64,000 nt of DNA from NCBI GenBank assembly GCA_012295275.1, contig CM022670.1, forward strand, positions 3,224,001-3,288,000, given 5' to 3'. A model generated the notes under the pieces. The model had not been told where the DNA came from. It did no database searches and worked only from the letters and a program-made list of their open reading frames with translations. This DNA is from Chrysomallon squamiferum (Eukaryota > Animalia > Mollusca). Of the stretch, positions 43,057-57,965 are shown piece by piece. Made by a program: the position numbers and the translations under genes. Positions within the stretch are counted from its first letter, which is position 1. Every line of letters starts with the position of its first letter.

Positions 43057-43175
43057 TATTATTATTATTATTATTTTCATCATCACCATCGTCTTCATTA
43101 CTGCTGTTGCTGTTCACTCGTCAGTATATTATTTCGAATAAATTTGAATCAATGAACTTGCTTCTTAAGAATAAA

Positions 43176-43229
<54 letters not shown>

Positions 43230-43709
43230 TCGCATGCATATACAATGCATAAACTAACGCACATAGCCTACCACATCACAAATTACTCGCTCATCGTTGG
43301 TCGTTTGATTGGTTGATTCCGTTGCTTGCTTAGGTGAATTCTGATTGGTTGGTTCCGAATCGGTCTTGTAAGTTTATTATTATCCTTATATGCCGTGCAT
43401 GTTCATAGGAAGATGAAAAATATAAATAATCCATCTTTAGACGTCAGAGAATGTTGTTGCGTAAATTACTGTTTCCTTTTCAAAATAAAAAAGAAATAAA
43501 TAAGGAAAAAAATAATAATAAAAGAGGAAGAAATGGAAAAAATATAATAATAACAATAATAAAACAAAAAATGTTAATAAAAGGAGTCAAACTCATTACC
43601 ACCTTTCATTTTAAATGATTTTTATTTTATTTATTTATTTATTTATTATTATATCTATCTATCTATCTATCTATCTATGTATCTATATATATATATATAT
43701 ATATATATA

Positions 43710-43710
43710 N
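43710..43710. other. Ambiguous base N inside a (TA)n tract, a possible assembly join
   Basis: Single n within the atatat run. Confidence 0.8.
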
Positions 43711-44542
43711 TATATATATATATATATATATTGTATTGTTGAAAATTAGTTTTTATTTTACGTCAAAGAAAGATTTTTTGAAACACGGGTGCTTTGAGAC
43801 CTCTGTGATCATTAATAACATTAATAACATCTATATTTCTGCATTAACGAAGAAGCATCTTAATTTATAGAATTCACTTTGTACAGTTTAAACAGTAACA
43901 GTAATCCTACACACAGAGACAAAAGGGGCGCATGCACATCTGCGTCAAAAGTTGTGTATTGTTTTCGTGAATAGACAAAAAAAGAAAGAAAAAAGAACCT
44001 GATTATATTTATAAAATCTAAGACTGATATATATTTTCTGGAAACAGAATCGCATTAGACCTGTTTTCTGATTAATGAGTTTATTTGTAAACATTTCCAC
44101 ACCGAAAACAAACAAGGAAAATAATCCGACATTCCAGCCTCTTTGTAATATCTTTCATTTGGTTCGTGTTGTTTCTCATACAGTAACTTTAATTAACCTT
44201 ATTAAAGGATTCACATTTTCCCAGAGTATTTCCTTTCATGTTTACAAAATTAGGTGTTTTTTTTGATAACAGTAGAAAGTAATGTTATTCGTAATGCAAA
44301 AAGTCCAATTAAAGACGAAAGCCGGCGCATTCTTTTGTTTTTGATTGGTTTGTTGTTGTTGTTTCTGTTTTTAAATTACTTATTGTTAATATGCAGCGTT
44401 CGTTAGAATAAATATTCAGTAATATAAATAGCTTTCAAGAGTTTCGTGTTTGATAACCTTGTAGTTTAAGTCCAAGCCTTATGAGCTGAGATTTTACTGA
44501 ATATTTTGCTAGTGCATGTATGAAAAGAAAAATAATAAAATA

Positions 44543-44924
<382 letters not shown>

Positions 44925-45878
44925 ATATGGATATATATATATCTGATCTCATTCTGGCGTGTCAGATGAATTTTTAATTATTTTTGTTTTCCCCTTCTCA
45001 TCCTCTAATAGAAGTCAACCAGGGTTCATCGAAATAGTTCTTCGTTTCTGAAAATCATTACAACTCTGTTAAAATACTGAAGCAGTGATAATATTACTAC
45101 AACGATAAAATGGAAAACATGAGAGAAAAAAGAGAGTGAGAGAGAAAAAAAAAAAGTAAAAGAAGTGAACAGAAATAATAATTAGAATAATAAATGAAAA
45201 ATGAAAAGGTAAATTCTTTTCCAAAAACTGTTTGTTCTACGTCATCAAAGGATACAGGCCATTTGTATTTCTGTTTTATTGTTTCTAAAATTAAAACTAC
45301 AATTAAAAAAAAGACGTTTCTGACACTGATTAATAAGTTATTTTATTCAGCTCGCAGATTTATTAAATTACAGTTCAATTAAAATACAAGACAAAGCCAC
45401 TACTGAGGTTGCTGTGTGTCAAATGATTTTTTCGAGAATGAAATATTAATGGGTTGCAACAACACTGATGAAATTAGATTATTAGTATTATCGTCATAGA
45501 AACTGGACTAAGAATAATCTATGGATATTATTTTGATTAAATATTTATTTATTTATTTATTTGTTTATTTATTATTATTATGGTTATTTTTATTGTTGTT
45601 GTTGTTATTATTATTATTATTTTCATTTTCTGTTTTTCGGAGGGCTATTGTGTTAATAATTTATTAACTGTTGGTTTATATTGACATTGTTTATAAGAAA
45701 GAATCATAGGTTTCTTTCAGTTTGGTATTGCTGAAAACTGCAGACCTATATTATACGTGTTTAAATAATTTACACTTTGATTCTCTTTAACATCACGAAA
45801 AAAACGATTAATTTTTAATAAGGCATCAGTAAAAAGTAATTGAACAGTTATTTATATCTGTCAATATTACTCTGAGTG

Positions 45879-45939
<61 letters not shown>

Positions 45940-46569
45940 AGTGTGTCTGTGTCTGTGTATGTGCATGGACAAGGGTTTTTGTATGACCCATCAAAAACAA
46001 AAAGAAACAAATGCACAATAAATTAAACGAATGTTCTGATAACGTACAATCAATCGTCAATAGTCACCAAATCACAACGATATTGTTGTCTGGTGGATAC
46101 ATGAAATCTCAGTTCAAGGCAGATTATTAATATTACGTAAATGTGTGTATAAATATAACTGAGACGTTAATGTAAGTGGTATCAGAGCGGTTACGACCAG
46201 TTGTCTATATTTTCTGATGTATTTGTTTTTCGTTTTTCACATTTTATTATGAAAGTTAGTTATATCCATCACAAGAACAGTCTCTCAGTTTTCTGAAATC
46301 TAGAATCCGCCTGATTAACCGTTATTACTAAAAACGTGACAAAATCGTATTTTTTCGCTTTTATTCTAGTTCTCAATGTCCGTGCTGTCGCTTGTATTCA
46401 GCTCCAGAGAGCTAGTGTTGTAGTTCATCCATCTTTAAAATGTCCACAGTAAAAACCTTTTAGTGATTCTCTAAACGTATTTTTCAAAATATCATCCAGG
46501 TACCAAAAAGACGAGTGCCTTTCACTTCCAAAACCAGTTTAGTAAGTCAGGTATTTAACTTTCTTTGTG

Positions 46570-46646
<77 letters not shown>

Positions 46647-46656
46647 ACGTAGCTGT

Positions 46657-47204
46657 TCAAAGCTTTCTCAGCGAGGAGAATTTAAGTGTTGACGAACTCG
46701 ACTGACGAAGTACGTTTCTTTTTGACGACTTCAGATTGGAGAGCTCGTCCAGCATTCGTGACCTCTTCTTCTCTCCACAGCTCGTGAACATTGCGAGAAA
46801 ACTCTGCCTGAACCGACGATTCATGAAACAGTAAGTGATAGGGTGCACACACGACGACAGGTAGGCTAACAGAAACACCAAAGATTTCGTTAGAAGAGTC
46901 AGATTCTTTCGCGCACTGTAGTAGTCTATAACCGTCCACGTGTTGACAAGAAAGAGGGGCGTCCAGCACAGGAAGTATTCGAAGACGACAACACACAACA
47001 TTTTCACGACTCTTCTTTTGCTCAGAAGGATTCGCTCGTAGTTCACTTGACGCAGATTTTGGGCCTGACCGTTGTTGACCAGCAAAGGATTCGTGGCGCC
47101 ACCTGAACTGTCTTGTCGCAGATGCGGAACAGATAATCCCTCTGCGTGGGTTTCAATCTCCGAGTCCTTGAAGCGATAGCGAACAGGTTCAAACTGGTCG
47201 ACAT
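46657..47204 (-). CDS. CCK/sulfakinin receptor-like GPCR, terminal coding exon (ICL3, TM6, TM7, C-tail)
   Basis: Acceptor ttccag at 47205. The phase-1 join with the 57966 exon is in frame (G+AT=Asp). Motifs KRRVVKMLCVVVFEYFLCWTP (CWxP) and LLAYLSSCVHPITYCFMNRRFRQSF, with stop TGA at 46657-46659. Confidence 0.9.
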
Positions 47205-47636
47205 CTGGAATAAAGAAAAGAAAAAGCTTGTTGAAAAGTGTATATTTACATAAAGACTTCCTTTTTTATCCTTTTCGCGAATGCACAGTACTAGTCTCGT
47301 AATCTCGTAATTATGATCTATTAGCGACCACTTGTTAAGTGTCTCATGTTAAAATTAGTCTTCAGCAAATCTGACAATTGTTTTCTTCTCATTCTGCAAT
47401 AGCTGGAAAAAAAGGAAGAAGATGTTCCTACGATTTGTCTACAGCTTTCTAACTTAGCAGATTTGTCGTGATATAATGTTAACTTATAAAGTATCGATCA
47501 CTGTTAATATTTTTAATTTTTCCAGTGAATAGTATTTTATCAATTCGTGAAAACAATTAGGCATAACAATAATATTGTAGGTTCACTTAACAAACAGGGT
47601 GATCAAAAAATCAAATGAGACAAAATAACGATATAT

Positions 47637-47671
<35 letters not shown>

Positions 47672-49499
47672 TTCGGTTTTTATATTTAATTTAATTTTAT
47701 TTATTTATTTATTTATCATTTTATTTCACTGTAATCGGTATTCTTCTTAGTCTTTTTATGTTATAAAATTTAAGATTTTCCAAATAAACTTTAAATAAAT
47801 GATAGTGTTCTTAGCAAAATCTGTTTATAGGTTATTTTCCAATACAAATAAAAACAACGTTTATTCACAAACAAAAAAAAACCACAACAACATAAAGCAA
47901 AATTTACAAAAAACGTTTCACTTTCTTCCTATGCGATAAACATGAAAACAGATCGCAGTAAAATTAGCCTTACAACTTTGTTTTCACTGACGAATACGTT
48001 TTGACACTTAGAATTGTGTCCCTTGCAAACTGCGGTTCGCTGGAGGGATTTAATGACGGAATCTGGGAATAGATTCTGTATTTAAGAAGAGCCACCAAAG
48101 GCTTTACGCCTTATGAGGCAACGGAAATTGATGGCTTGGAAAATTACTTGAGCTCAAGAAGAAACAGTTCTGTTTAGTAGTGTCGACCATACGCGTTTAA
48201 TAAAGCCAAAATACACAACACAGTCAAGCGAGAAAAATGTCTGAACGAAAATGAAATTGTGGTAAAATAGTTTTACTCTCTCCTTTTGATCTCGACCGCG
48301 ATTAGCTTATAATAAAAGTTTAAACTTATGAACAAATTAATTTGATAGGCTAATTTACTGTTGTTATTCCATAATTTTGCTGGAACTGTATATGTAAGTT
48401 ATACGTACGCAAAATGAACACTGTACAATAGGATAAACACCACGTTCAGGAATCTTAATCGCGCGCGCTCGCGCACTCATACATACATTTATAATTACAT
48501 TTTATACAGTAACAGGACACACATACATTCAGACATAAATACATACATAAATATCTATATACATACATGCCTTACGTAATTAAAGACATCTTGACATATA
48601 ATGGTTCTCTTTAATAACAATTTTTTTTTTTTTTTTTTTTTTAAAGTATAAAACGTCTTAACGAATTTCTTTCTGAAATTATTGTGTAAAAGATGCATTA
48701 AATGTATTAAAACTCATCTTCATCATCGTTTGGAAAATAGCATTGGCTGTAATCTCATGTTAATTATCATAAACGGAGCATATGTATTATTTACATTGCA
48801 ATTTCGCTTATACTTGTTAATAGCTCTACGGCACATTAATCCTCGCATTTCTCAAATACTTTATTGCGCTTCGGAAGTAACTAAGAGCATTTAGGTTGTC
48901 TGCCTCTATAAAGCAAAGACAAATTGCTTTAATCTGTAATGATGTTACCGACATTACGTTATAAAGACAGAATCTGATATTAAGCGATTCTGAAGGAAAG
49001 CATTATTTATATGTAAGACTAATTACATATAATATGGATTATATATGGGTTATTCAGAATGCAAAGGCAGATATTAGACACTATTTCCCTTTATTAGTTG
49101 TCGCTAATTTAGCTATAATAATAATAATGATAATAATAATAAGAAGAAGAAGAAGAAGAAGAAGAATAAAGAAAGAAAGAAAGAAAAGAAAAGCTTGATA
49201 GTAAGCAATAATGAATACTGCTTGTTATTAAAGATAATACTTCAAAATACTAAAATTAACTCATGTCAAACAATATCATAAGATCCTCAAATCGCCAGCT
49301 CTCGATAAATTCCAATCAATTCCATATTCCCAACGCCAGACTGGTTTTGTATGACAGTACCGATATAACTCTGATATTAGTATTCAACCCTTGATGCCAA
49401 CCATAATTTGTTATCGTTAGAGACCAGCTGATTTTATTCTGTTATCCCTGCACAGGATAATATTTAGTTTCATACATGCTTTGACCGTTCATTTTTACA

Positions 49500-49657
49500 G
49501 AAAGCAGAACTGTCGTGTGGTGCGGGTCTTGTGATCAAATCTCCTCAGGCGCCATGTTGTTGCCATCTCCCGACCCACTCAGAGCTCGAAGACTGGTTTG
49601 TGTTCTGTTCTTATAGTGAAATGTGAATAAAAGATTCCTTGCTGCTAATTAAAAAGG
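49500..49657 (+). mobile_element. Fragment of the same SINE-like repeat in the GPCR intron
   Basis: Contains gtgaataaaagattccttgctgctaatt, matching gtgaaaaaaagatcccttgctg at about 5961-5982. Confidence 0.5.
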
Positions 49658-52068
49658 AAAAACCACTGTAAATTAACGTCATTAAAAAGGCACTTAAAAC
49701 GTAAGCGAGGGCGTCGATAAATAAAATCATTATTTCTTTTCTCTTTTTTTTTTCTTTCATTATTTTTCTTTTTTCTCTTTTTAAGTTATTATTATAATTA
49801 ACATTCCTACATAAACGAAATACAGAATCGTGGTTTTACAGTTTACTTTGTTTTTATGCTGAAAATACGAAGTGCTGTTAAAATTAGGATCGAATATTGG
49901 AATAGGATTATTATTGTTGTCGTTGCTGTTGCTGTTATTGTTGTTGGTGGTGTTGGTGTTGCTGTTATTTTTATCATCATGCCATTGTTGTTATATGATT
50001 AACACTGTTACTGTTGTTTATGTTGTTTGTAAACGATATAAATGAAATAAATCTTAGTTACTGGACGTGAATCAATAAAAGAAGTTTTACACAGTGAGAT
50101 CCTAACCGAGTGAAAGTAAGAAATCACAGAGAACGAAATAAAACAGCAATCTGTGCACGATTCGTTTGAAAGAATCTCAGAAAGAAGTGTGGAATGACAG
50201 AATGGAAGACTAACTGTAAGACCGCTGAAAAGAAAAGTCTTTCTGGAGATAAAGGAATCACATTAACACGATTTCACCCGAGGCAACTAACGTAGTATTG
50301 AATAAATGAGTTGTGTTACTTTTTTTTTCACTTTTGTTTCATCTTCTTCATCGTCATCTTCTTTTATTTATTTATTTTATAATTAATTTTTTTAATTACT
50401 ACTGTTTAATTATTTATTTATTTGTTGTTGTTTTGGGTTTTTTTATATTTTGTTTTGCAACAATATTTTTTTTTTTTTTTTTCATTCAGTTTATGTTTTG
50501 TTTCTTAATAAATTTAAAGATTATATTGAAATGAGTCAATGAATTATTCAAAAGAAAGAAAAATTCGATAAAGGAGCACATTATAATCATTTTTTCTTTA
50601 ATCTGAAGGCAGAAACAAAATCAAAATCAAATTATTTCTCAGATGCACATACTAGAGCTAGTTCGGTAAATAACATCTGCTGTTTCTTCAGTCTAGACTT
50701 CAAAAAGACAATTTATATTCTAAATAAAATAATAATCACACATAATATTTTTTTTTTTTTTTTTCGATATTTAAATCTAGATACACATGTATGTGCATGT
50801 GTTAGAGTATCTGTACAAAGGTATCACTATCATCAATACAACAGGGCTTAGAGGTTTTCGACAAAAGATTTGTAAAAATCTTAATCCCAAACGACACATT
50901 TCACTAATACTCAGATTTCCTTTCGCTATTAGTAGCAGTTTTTCACTGTTTGTATAGTCGACATCAGCGGTCTGTATTTGCATTATACAAATAAAGTTCT
51001 GTTAGGAAAAGACAAATTTGCCAATGTATGTGTAGAACACATAAAGTTCAGGTACTTTTTCAATGAAGTAAAATAAATGTTTCTGTAATAGTTAACTAAT
51101 AGCGAATAATATTATAAATGATTCTCATATTGACAGTAATTATTGTTATAATAATATTAATACATGTAGCTGCAATATAGCAGCAGCAGCAGCATCAGTC
51201 GTTGTAGTAGTAGTAGTTACGGTATTACTAGTGTTAATATGATTGAAAAAGAAATAGTAGCTGCAACATCATTGTTATTATTACAAATAGTAGTAGTAGT
51301 AGTAATAGCAGTAATACTAGCAGTAGTAGCAGCAGCAGCAGCAACAGCAACAAGAAAATAAAAGTAATAGCTGTTGCAATTGGAACAGATTCAACTTTAA
51401 CTTTGACATGAACATATTGGGAAGCCTAGATTAAACAAATTAAATCACTGATAATTAGTTTAGATCCAAGCTTTCCTCACTAGTACATGGCAGAACGTAG
51501 AAATGCAGTTTACTGCATCAAGTCCTTATTTCTTTAAAACAAATTTATATTTTTTCTTTGTCGCTATTTATTTAATTTAAATTCACGATGTTACAAAGGT
51601 TGCCTGTTTGGAAGAAATTCAACTTGTTCTTTTTCTTTTCTTTCCGCAATGTTATTTTTTTTTTTTTATTACTTTTTTTATTTATTTGTTTTTTGTCCTT
51701 GTCGTTTCTCAGCATGTTTCAATTTTTGTGTCATTCGATCAACATTTGTATCTGCAGCGCTGTTCACCACTGCAGCTAGTCTAGTACGAAATCAATTCCG
51801 ACAGGACGGTTTGTTTAACTATTTACACAATTCAAGTTTCATTTTCGAAGCCGCAGTTCCAGTCCTGAGTATATTTTACCCTGCGATCATCTAAATAGGA
51901 CGCTAAGTTTAAAAAAACAACAAAAAAAATCCACAAACACAGCTGGATTCACTCGCTTCAGAATCAATGGAATGTTCATCTTTTATTAATACTGCACGTT
52001 ATTACGTTATATTAATTAAAACAATTGATTTTTTTCTCTCTCTCTCTCTTTAATTTATATATATTTTT

Positions 52069-52148
52069 TAATGAGTTGTATGAATATCCATTAAAAAAGC
52101 AATATATATATATACTGCTTTTTTAATGACTATTCATACAACTCATTA
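52069..52148. repeat. 80-nt near-perfect inverted repeat (hairpin/MITE-like)
   Basis: Arms taatgagttgtatgaatatccattaaaaaagca (52069-52101) and tgcttttttaatgactattcatacaactcatta (52116-52148) are 31/33 complementary around a (TA)n spacer. Confidence 0.9.
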
Positions 52149-52157
52149 CCAAAGCGC

Positions 52158-52209
<52 letters not shown>

Positions 52210-52940
52210 AATGGCGGGATAGTCTTCGGACTTATCTCTTATACCTAGTATATATTAGCACAGAGAAAAATATATATACAAAATCATAATCATACTCCAT
52301 GGCTTTGTTCGAATATCACAACTTGGTTATGGTTATTAACTTCAGGTTACTTAAAAAGCTATTAAACACTCGGTTTGCTTTAAAGTGATTTGCAAACAAG
52401 CTAGTTAGACGATAATCACGTAAACGAAACACTTTCAAATGAGCTCACTTTACATTCAGTGGTAACTGAAAACCCATAAATATTAAAGGAAAATACAAAA
52501 GAAGAAAGAACATCTTCATTGTATGTATTGATTGTTTCAAAGGTTTTCTTTAACGACATTTTCAATTTTAACTTTGATTTTTTTTTTTTTTTGTACATAT
52601 ATTCGATTATTTACAAATAAAAAAAAAACTGTTTTACATGCTGTGGTATTAGAAAATGACTCAGTTTGTACTAAAAGGGCCGGAAATATAAAAAAAGATT
52701 TTAATTACATTTATTTCAAACAACTTATTGTATGCACAACAGCTGTCGGAAATCATTTTTCCGTTCAGAATACCAAATGTTTAAGAAATTTATATATCTA
52801 CTGATTCAAACATTTTTAACAAGGATTAATGTTATATTGAACAATACGACAAGAATTGAGATCTTTAAAATTAAATTTCAACAAATTCTTATCCTTCTAC
52901 TGTAGAATATACCATTCGTTCGTAAAATAAAAATTAATAA

Positions 52941-52975
<35 letters not shown>

Positions 52976-55451
52976 AAATGATGATGATGATAAAACGGTG
53001 AGAGAATAATTTAGTATTTTCAGTGTCATAAATATTAAATTTCCTAGTGCGCTGGTTGCAGTACAAAGAATAATTACATTTTGTATATATAAATAGAAAT
53101 ATTAACTGTAGTTAAAAAAAAAATGTGGACTGCTATTTAGCTTGGTTTGATGTTTAAACATTGGCTTTATAAATCAGTTTCCTTCTGCCAGTTTTACGCG
53201 ATTTGCTCTTTTGTCGCTACTTTAAGAATAAAGAGATTTTATACGTTTCCCAAAGTCGCATTCGACCAGGTTTTTTCCGTTTTTTCTCAGCCATCATGAT
53301 GTTAAAACTAAAATACATGGGGAAATCAATTATGGATGCCAAAAAAAAAAAAATACTGGTTTGACAAAACCAAAAAACTGTTTAATTTGTACGTTACAGA
53401 AAGAAAAAAAAAAAATCTTGTTTTGAAATGAACAGATCAGACTTAGCTCGGTATTAAAGAGCTGTCTTGATTTGCAGTCAACTCGTGATCGCTTCCCAGC
53501 TGGAGAATTATTTTAACTATTTTGTTTTCACAATAAAGACCTAATAACTTATCTTCATGTGAATATGAGATCATATCCTTCGCCGAATTTTTATTTTTCA
53601 AATAAACAACAGCATTCCCGCTTTTCTTTTCCTGCGTTTGTATTTTCTCTTTCTTTATCTGTGATCCAAAGCCGGCTTTTAATGCTCGGTGTTTATACTA
53701 AATCTTCTACGCATGACGGAGATGATAAGCGATTAATTTTATAAAAAAAAAAACGATTTCAGTATTCTAAGTTTGACGATGTTAAAGTAGACATCATGGT
53801 CGTTCTTAAGCGGACTTTTTATTATTGTTACTTTTATTAAAGAATCAATAATATCTTTGTAATTGGTTTCTGGTCTTCATGTTCTTGGATTGACCTTCAA
53901 ACGAATTAATTCAAACGCTTTCAAAAATCGTTTGAATGTAGCCAGTGTTTCCCTGGTTGCTGTTATTATTATTCCCTAATTTTGTGCACTGTATCAACTA
54001 AACCCGCTCATGCGAAATTTTGGCACACAATTCAGAGCGTCATTTCGCTTTCAGTTTCTACAAACCAAAAACACCAAAAGCCTCGACTAAGAATTGGAAT
54101 AAACGAAGAAAGGAAGGTTTAACGATATTTCAATACATTTTAGTAATAACTTCTCTAACGTGTCATTCAAACATGATGAAATCGCAGAGAAAATTTCCAA
54201 ACGCTAATTACTGACTACTCTTATCGCTAAGCAGCAAGATAAAAAAAAAGTTCATGTACCTTCCCATAGACAGTAAAGCACAAAAACTACGGAAAGAAGA
54301 CCAGCTGGGATTCTAAACCAATCGTGGTCGTGTTTCAGCTTGATTCCTGTCTTCTTCTCAGATAAACTGAGTTGAACTTAACCAAAATAAACCGATTAAA
54401 GCCGCAGATAAACAAAAATCAGCTAACTTAAGTCATATGTTAAAAAAAAAGATGAAAAAAAGAGAGAAAGATTAATCACAGAAAAGAACAGAACAGACAA
54501 AAAGGAAACTTTAATTACTACTTTACGCTGTAAAGTATAAAAGGTAATATTCTCTCACGCAAACTTTTGAAGTCATCGATCCAGTTAAAAGGGGTTTTTT
54601 TTATAATTGTTTGCCATCAACAAATTTTCTGTGATTACCCTGGAGGGGTAAAGATCATCCATACTCGTGTCTTCATCATGTTACTAGTTTTACTCGCTTT
54701 CATTAACGTCTTTTATGTTTGTCATGTCAATCCCTGTTTGATTGAGAATTAATTGATTTAGTGATGTTTGCCGAGAAATGACATGCTTTGATTGCTTCGG
54801 TGATTAATTCCAAGCAAATCAAACAGAAAAGGTTATAAACCGCAGAGGTTTCATGTTTAACGTAAATAAAAAAGGACCCAAAATATGGCCCGATCGAATA
54901 TCTTGATAAGAAGAAATGTATGGCTATTTGTTTAAGGTCACCTCAAACACATTTTAATGTATACATTTATTTGATCATTCCATATGTTATTTATATCATT
55001 TAGCAATAAGCCATATTTGGTATCAACCTACCCATCAACCCTTTATAACAAAAATATAAAGCCAGCTGATGTTTTTGTTATATTTATAATGTTTATTTTT
55101 GTTTTACATTATTAATAGATTCCAGGAGCTATCCATTCAACAAAAGCACTTAAAACGTCAATAACCTCAACAATTTAATTTGGTTATAAGTTTGAACTAA
55201 AATAAAAAATATCTTGACTATTGTAACTGTTTAATATAAAAGTTCGGGAGATATTCCAGTGCATCTTCTCTTTAAGACAAAAAAAGTTCTTAATATAATT
55301 ATAATTTGTGTCATTCTTTTTATCCAGTTTCAAAATTATTTTTAACTTAATGAATTGTTTTCTTTCTTTTTTTCTTAAAACTAATTTCTGCTATTTTATT
55401 ACGCAACTGTCTGTCTCTCTTGTGTCTAACCAACGATCCGGGTTACTTTTT

Positions 55452-55543
<92 letters not shown>

Positions 55544-55721
55544 CTTCTTTCTCATGAACGCAAGAAAAAGACCTTTTGCATTATCAGTTTCCCATTTTCA
55601 AACTTTTTTCTTCCCAATTTTATGTGAATACAACAAAATGCAAATTTAAAAAGGTTTTTTTGATAAGCTGAACGTCAAAGATTTATAAATGCTTTTCCAT
55701 TCATGAATCACTCTAAAATTA

Positions 55722-55753
<32 letters not shown>

Positions 55754-55869
55754 TTCGTGGGCTTTTTGACGTCAGATAACTGAAATGAACCGATGAGGTC
55801 TGTCCTAGATGAGCGTTATCAGCGTCAGAAAGTTGTAAATGTGTGAATTAAACCTGTGAACATATTTGT

Positions 55870-56190
55870 AAGTGTGTATGTATGGCTGTATGTATGTATG
55901 TATGTATGTATGTATGTATGTATGTATGTATGTATGTATGTATGTATGTATGTATGTATGTGTGTATGTATGTATGAATGTCTGAATGTTTGTATGAATG
56001 TATGTACATATGTATGTATGTGTGTATGTATGTATGTATGTTTGTATGTATGTATGTATGTATGTCTGTCTGTATGTATGTATGTATGTATGTATGCATG
56101 CATGCATGCATGTATGTATGTATGTATGTATGTATGTATGTATGTATGTATGTATGTATGTATGTATGTATGTATGCATGCATGCATGCA
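55870..56190. repeat. (TATG)n/(CATG)n tetranucleotide microsatellite
   Basis: About 320 nt of TATG repeats, which produce the six overlapping HTYI/MYVC ORFs. Confidence 0.97.
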
Positions 56191-56879
56191 TTTCTGGCTA
56201 GCTGGTTGTCTGTCCGTATGTAATTGTGCAGTATGTGTGTATGTGTGTATGTGTGCATATATAAACGTGAAAAAAAAAGTAAAATCAATTCAAACAAGAC
56301 CCTAAAGTAAAATTCATGGCAATTGCCATTGATCATTCCTTAAAATGTTTTTAATATTCTTCATCAAAAGGTAAAATATTAAAAACAGTTTATTATAGTC
56401 TTCATAGCCAGTTAAATGCTAATTCCTTTTATGGAGAAGAAATATTAACCAACTACATCAAAGTGGAAAGCAAAACGATAAACACTTAGCGTTGATATAA
56501 TAGGTTTTTTGTTTGTTTTTTTACTGCTTTCCATATTACGAATGAATTTGTCTTACGAGCTTTAATTTCCTATATTAATCGCAATAAATCAGCTAATGAC
56601 ATCACTAGAGGTCGACCTTCCCAGTTAATGGAAAAACAGTTAACTACATTTCACTATAATTACGTTTTTATCATGTTTTTATTACGTTCGGAAACTGTCA
56701 GTCAGTTAATGTTATTTAATTCCAAATCTGTTGCAATTGTTTTCTCTCTTTCTTTCTTTCTTTCTTTCTTTTTTCTTTTTACTTTATTCATTTGTTTGTT
56801 TGTTTGTTTACTTATTTATTTATTTGTTTGTTTGTTTGTTTGTTTGTTTATTTATTTATTTATTTATTTAGTTAGTTAC

Positions 56880-56930
<51 letters not shown>

Positions 56931-57218
56931 TATTGTAAAAGGCTATCTCTGTACAGTAAACATAATTAATTGCAGAACATACGGATGTTAAAAAATCTAC
57001 GAAATGACGTTGAATCAGTTAAATTGGTGATCGTCTCTTAGGGAAAGCCGAAGGAACGACTAAAGGTTATTGGAAAGTCGCATGTATCAAAGTCAGTACG
57101 AACTGTCTTGGATGAATGGCCTGATGAACGAACGAACGAATGAAACCAATAATGAATGTGTAAACCAATCAATTAGTGATAAATGAATCAATCAATCAAT
57201 CAGTAATACAAAAAATAA

Positions 57219-57516
57219 ATGAATGAATATTTGTTTCACGACACCATTTAACATTTCATTATGAGTCTTGAATGAATGAATGAATTAATTAATATACCAA
57301 CGAATGAATGAATGCATGAATGAATCAAAGAATGAATGAATCAGTGGATCAAAAATAAATGAATATTTGTTTCACGACTCATTATGGATATTTGTTTCAT
57401 ATTTTATGATAAACGGTTGCTAGATGTCTATACTATGTTTAAAGGATGATTTAACAGAGAAAAAACTCGCTATCACAACTCTCTAGGCTTTTCTTTTAAA
57501 TAAGCAACATGGAATC
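57219..57516 (-). mobile_element. Probable 3' tail of the SINE-like repeat, flanked by (GAAT)n
   Basis: Duplicated atgaatatttgtttcacgac and a downstream taagcaacatggaatc core variant, embedded in AATG/TTCG simple repeats. Confidence 0.35.
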
Positions 57517-57965
57517 AAGTCGAAAATCAAGCTGATTTATAAAACTTTCTGAAGACAATTTTTATTTAGCTATTACTTGTTCGATTTGTTTTTTTAAGTG
57601 AATCGAATTCCTAGTTTGCTAAGCCAGATTTTTCACGAGTTATCTACAGAGAAAGAACAACACAATGCATTATTCATTCGTTCATTCATTCGTTCGTTCA
57701 TTCGTTCGTTCTTCTGTCCATTCGTTCGTTCTTTCGTTCATTCGTTCATTCTTTCGTCCTTTCGTTCTTTCATTCTTTCGTTTATTTATTTATTTATTTA
57801 TATTTTGCTAATGGCCTATATTTGGGTGGTTTTCCGTATGCAAAAAAACAACAAAAAAAACAAATCATTTCATTTTAAACATGGCATGTACCCTTAATCT
57901 TGCTTCATCCCAAACTCCCCATTTTAAGAAAATCCTCAATCCAATCCCTCACACTAACTATTTAC

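Noticed and set aside
51752-51785. Hairpin followed by CTAGT, resembling a Helitron 3' end
   Set aside because: Imperfect short stem and no other Helitron evidence.
53438-53510. tRNA-like A-box sequence
   Set aside because: No complete cloverleaf; more likely a decayed SINE head.
55805-56336. Six overlapping 67-162 aa ORFs
   Set aside because: Translations of the (TATG)n repeat.
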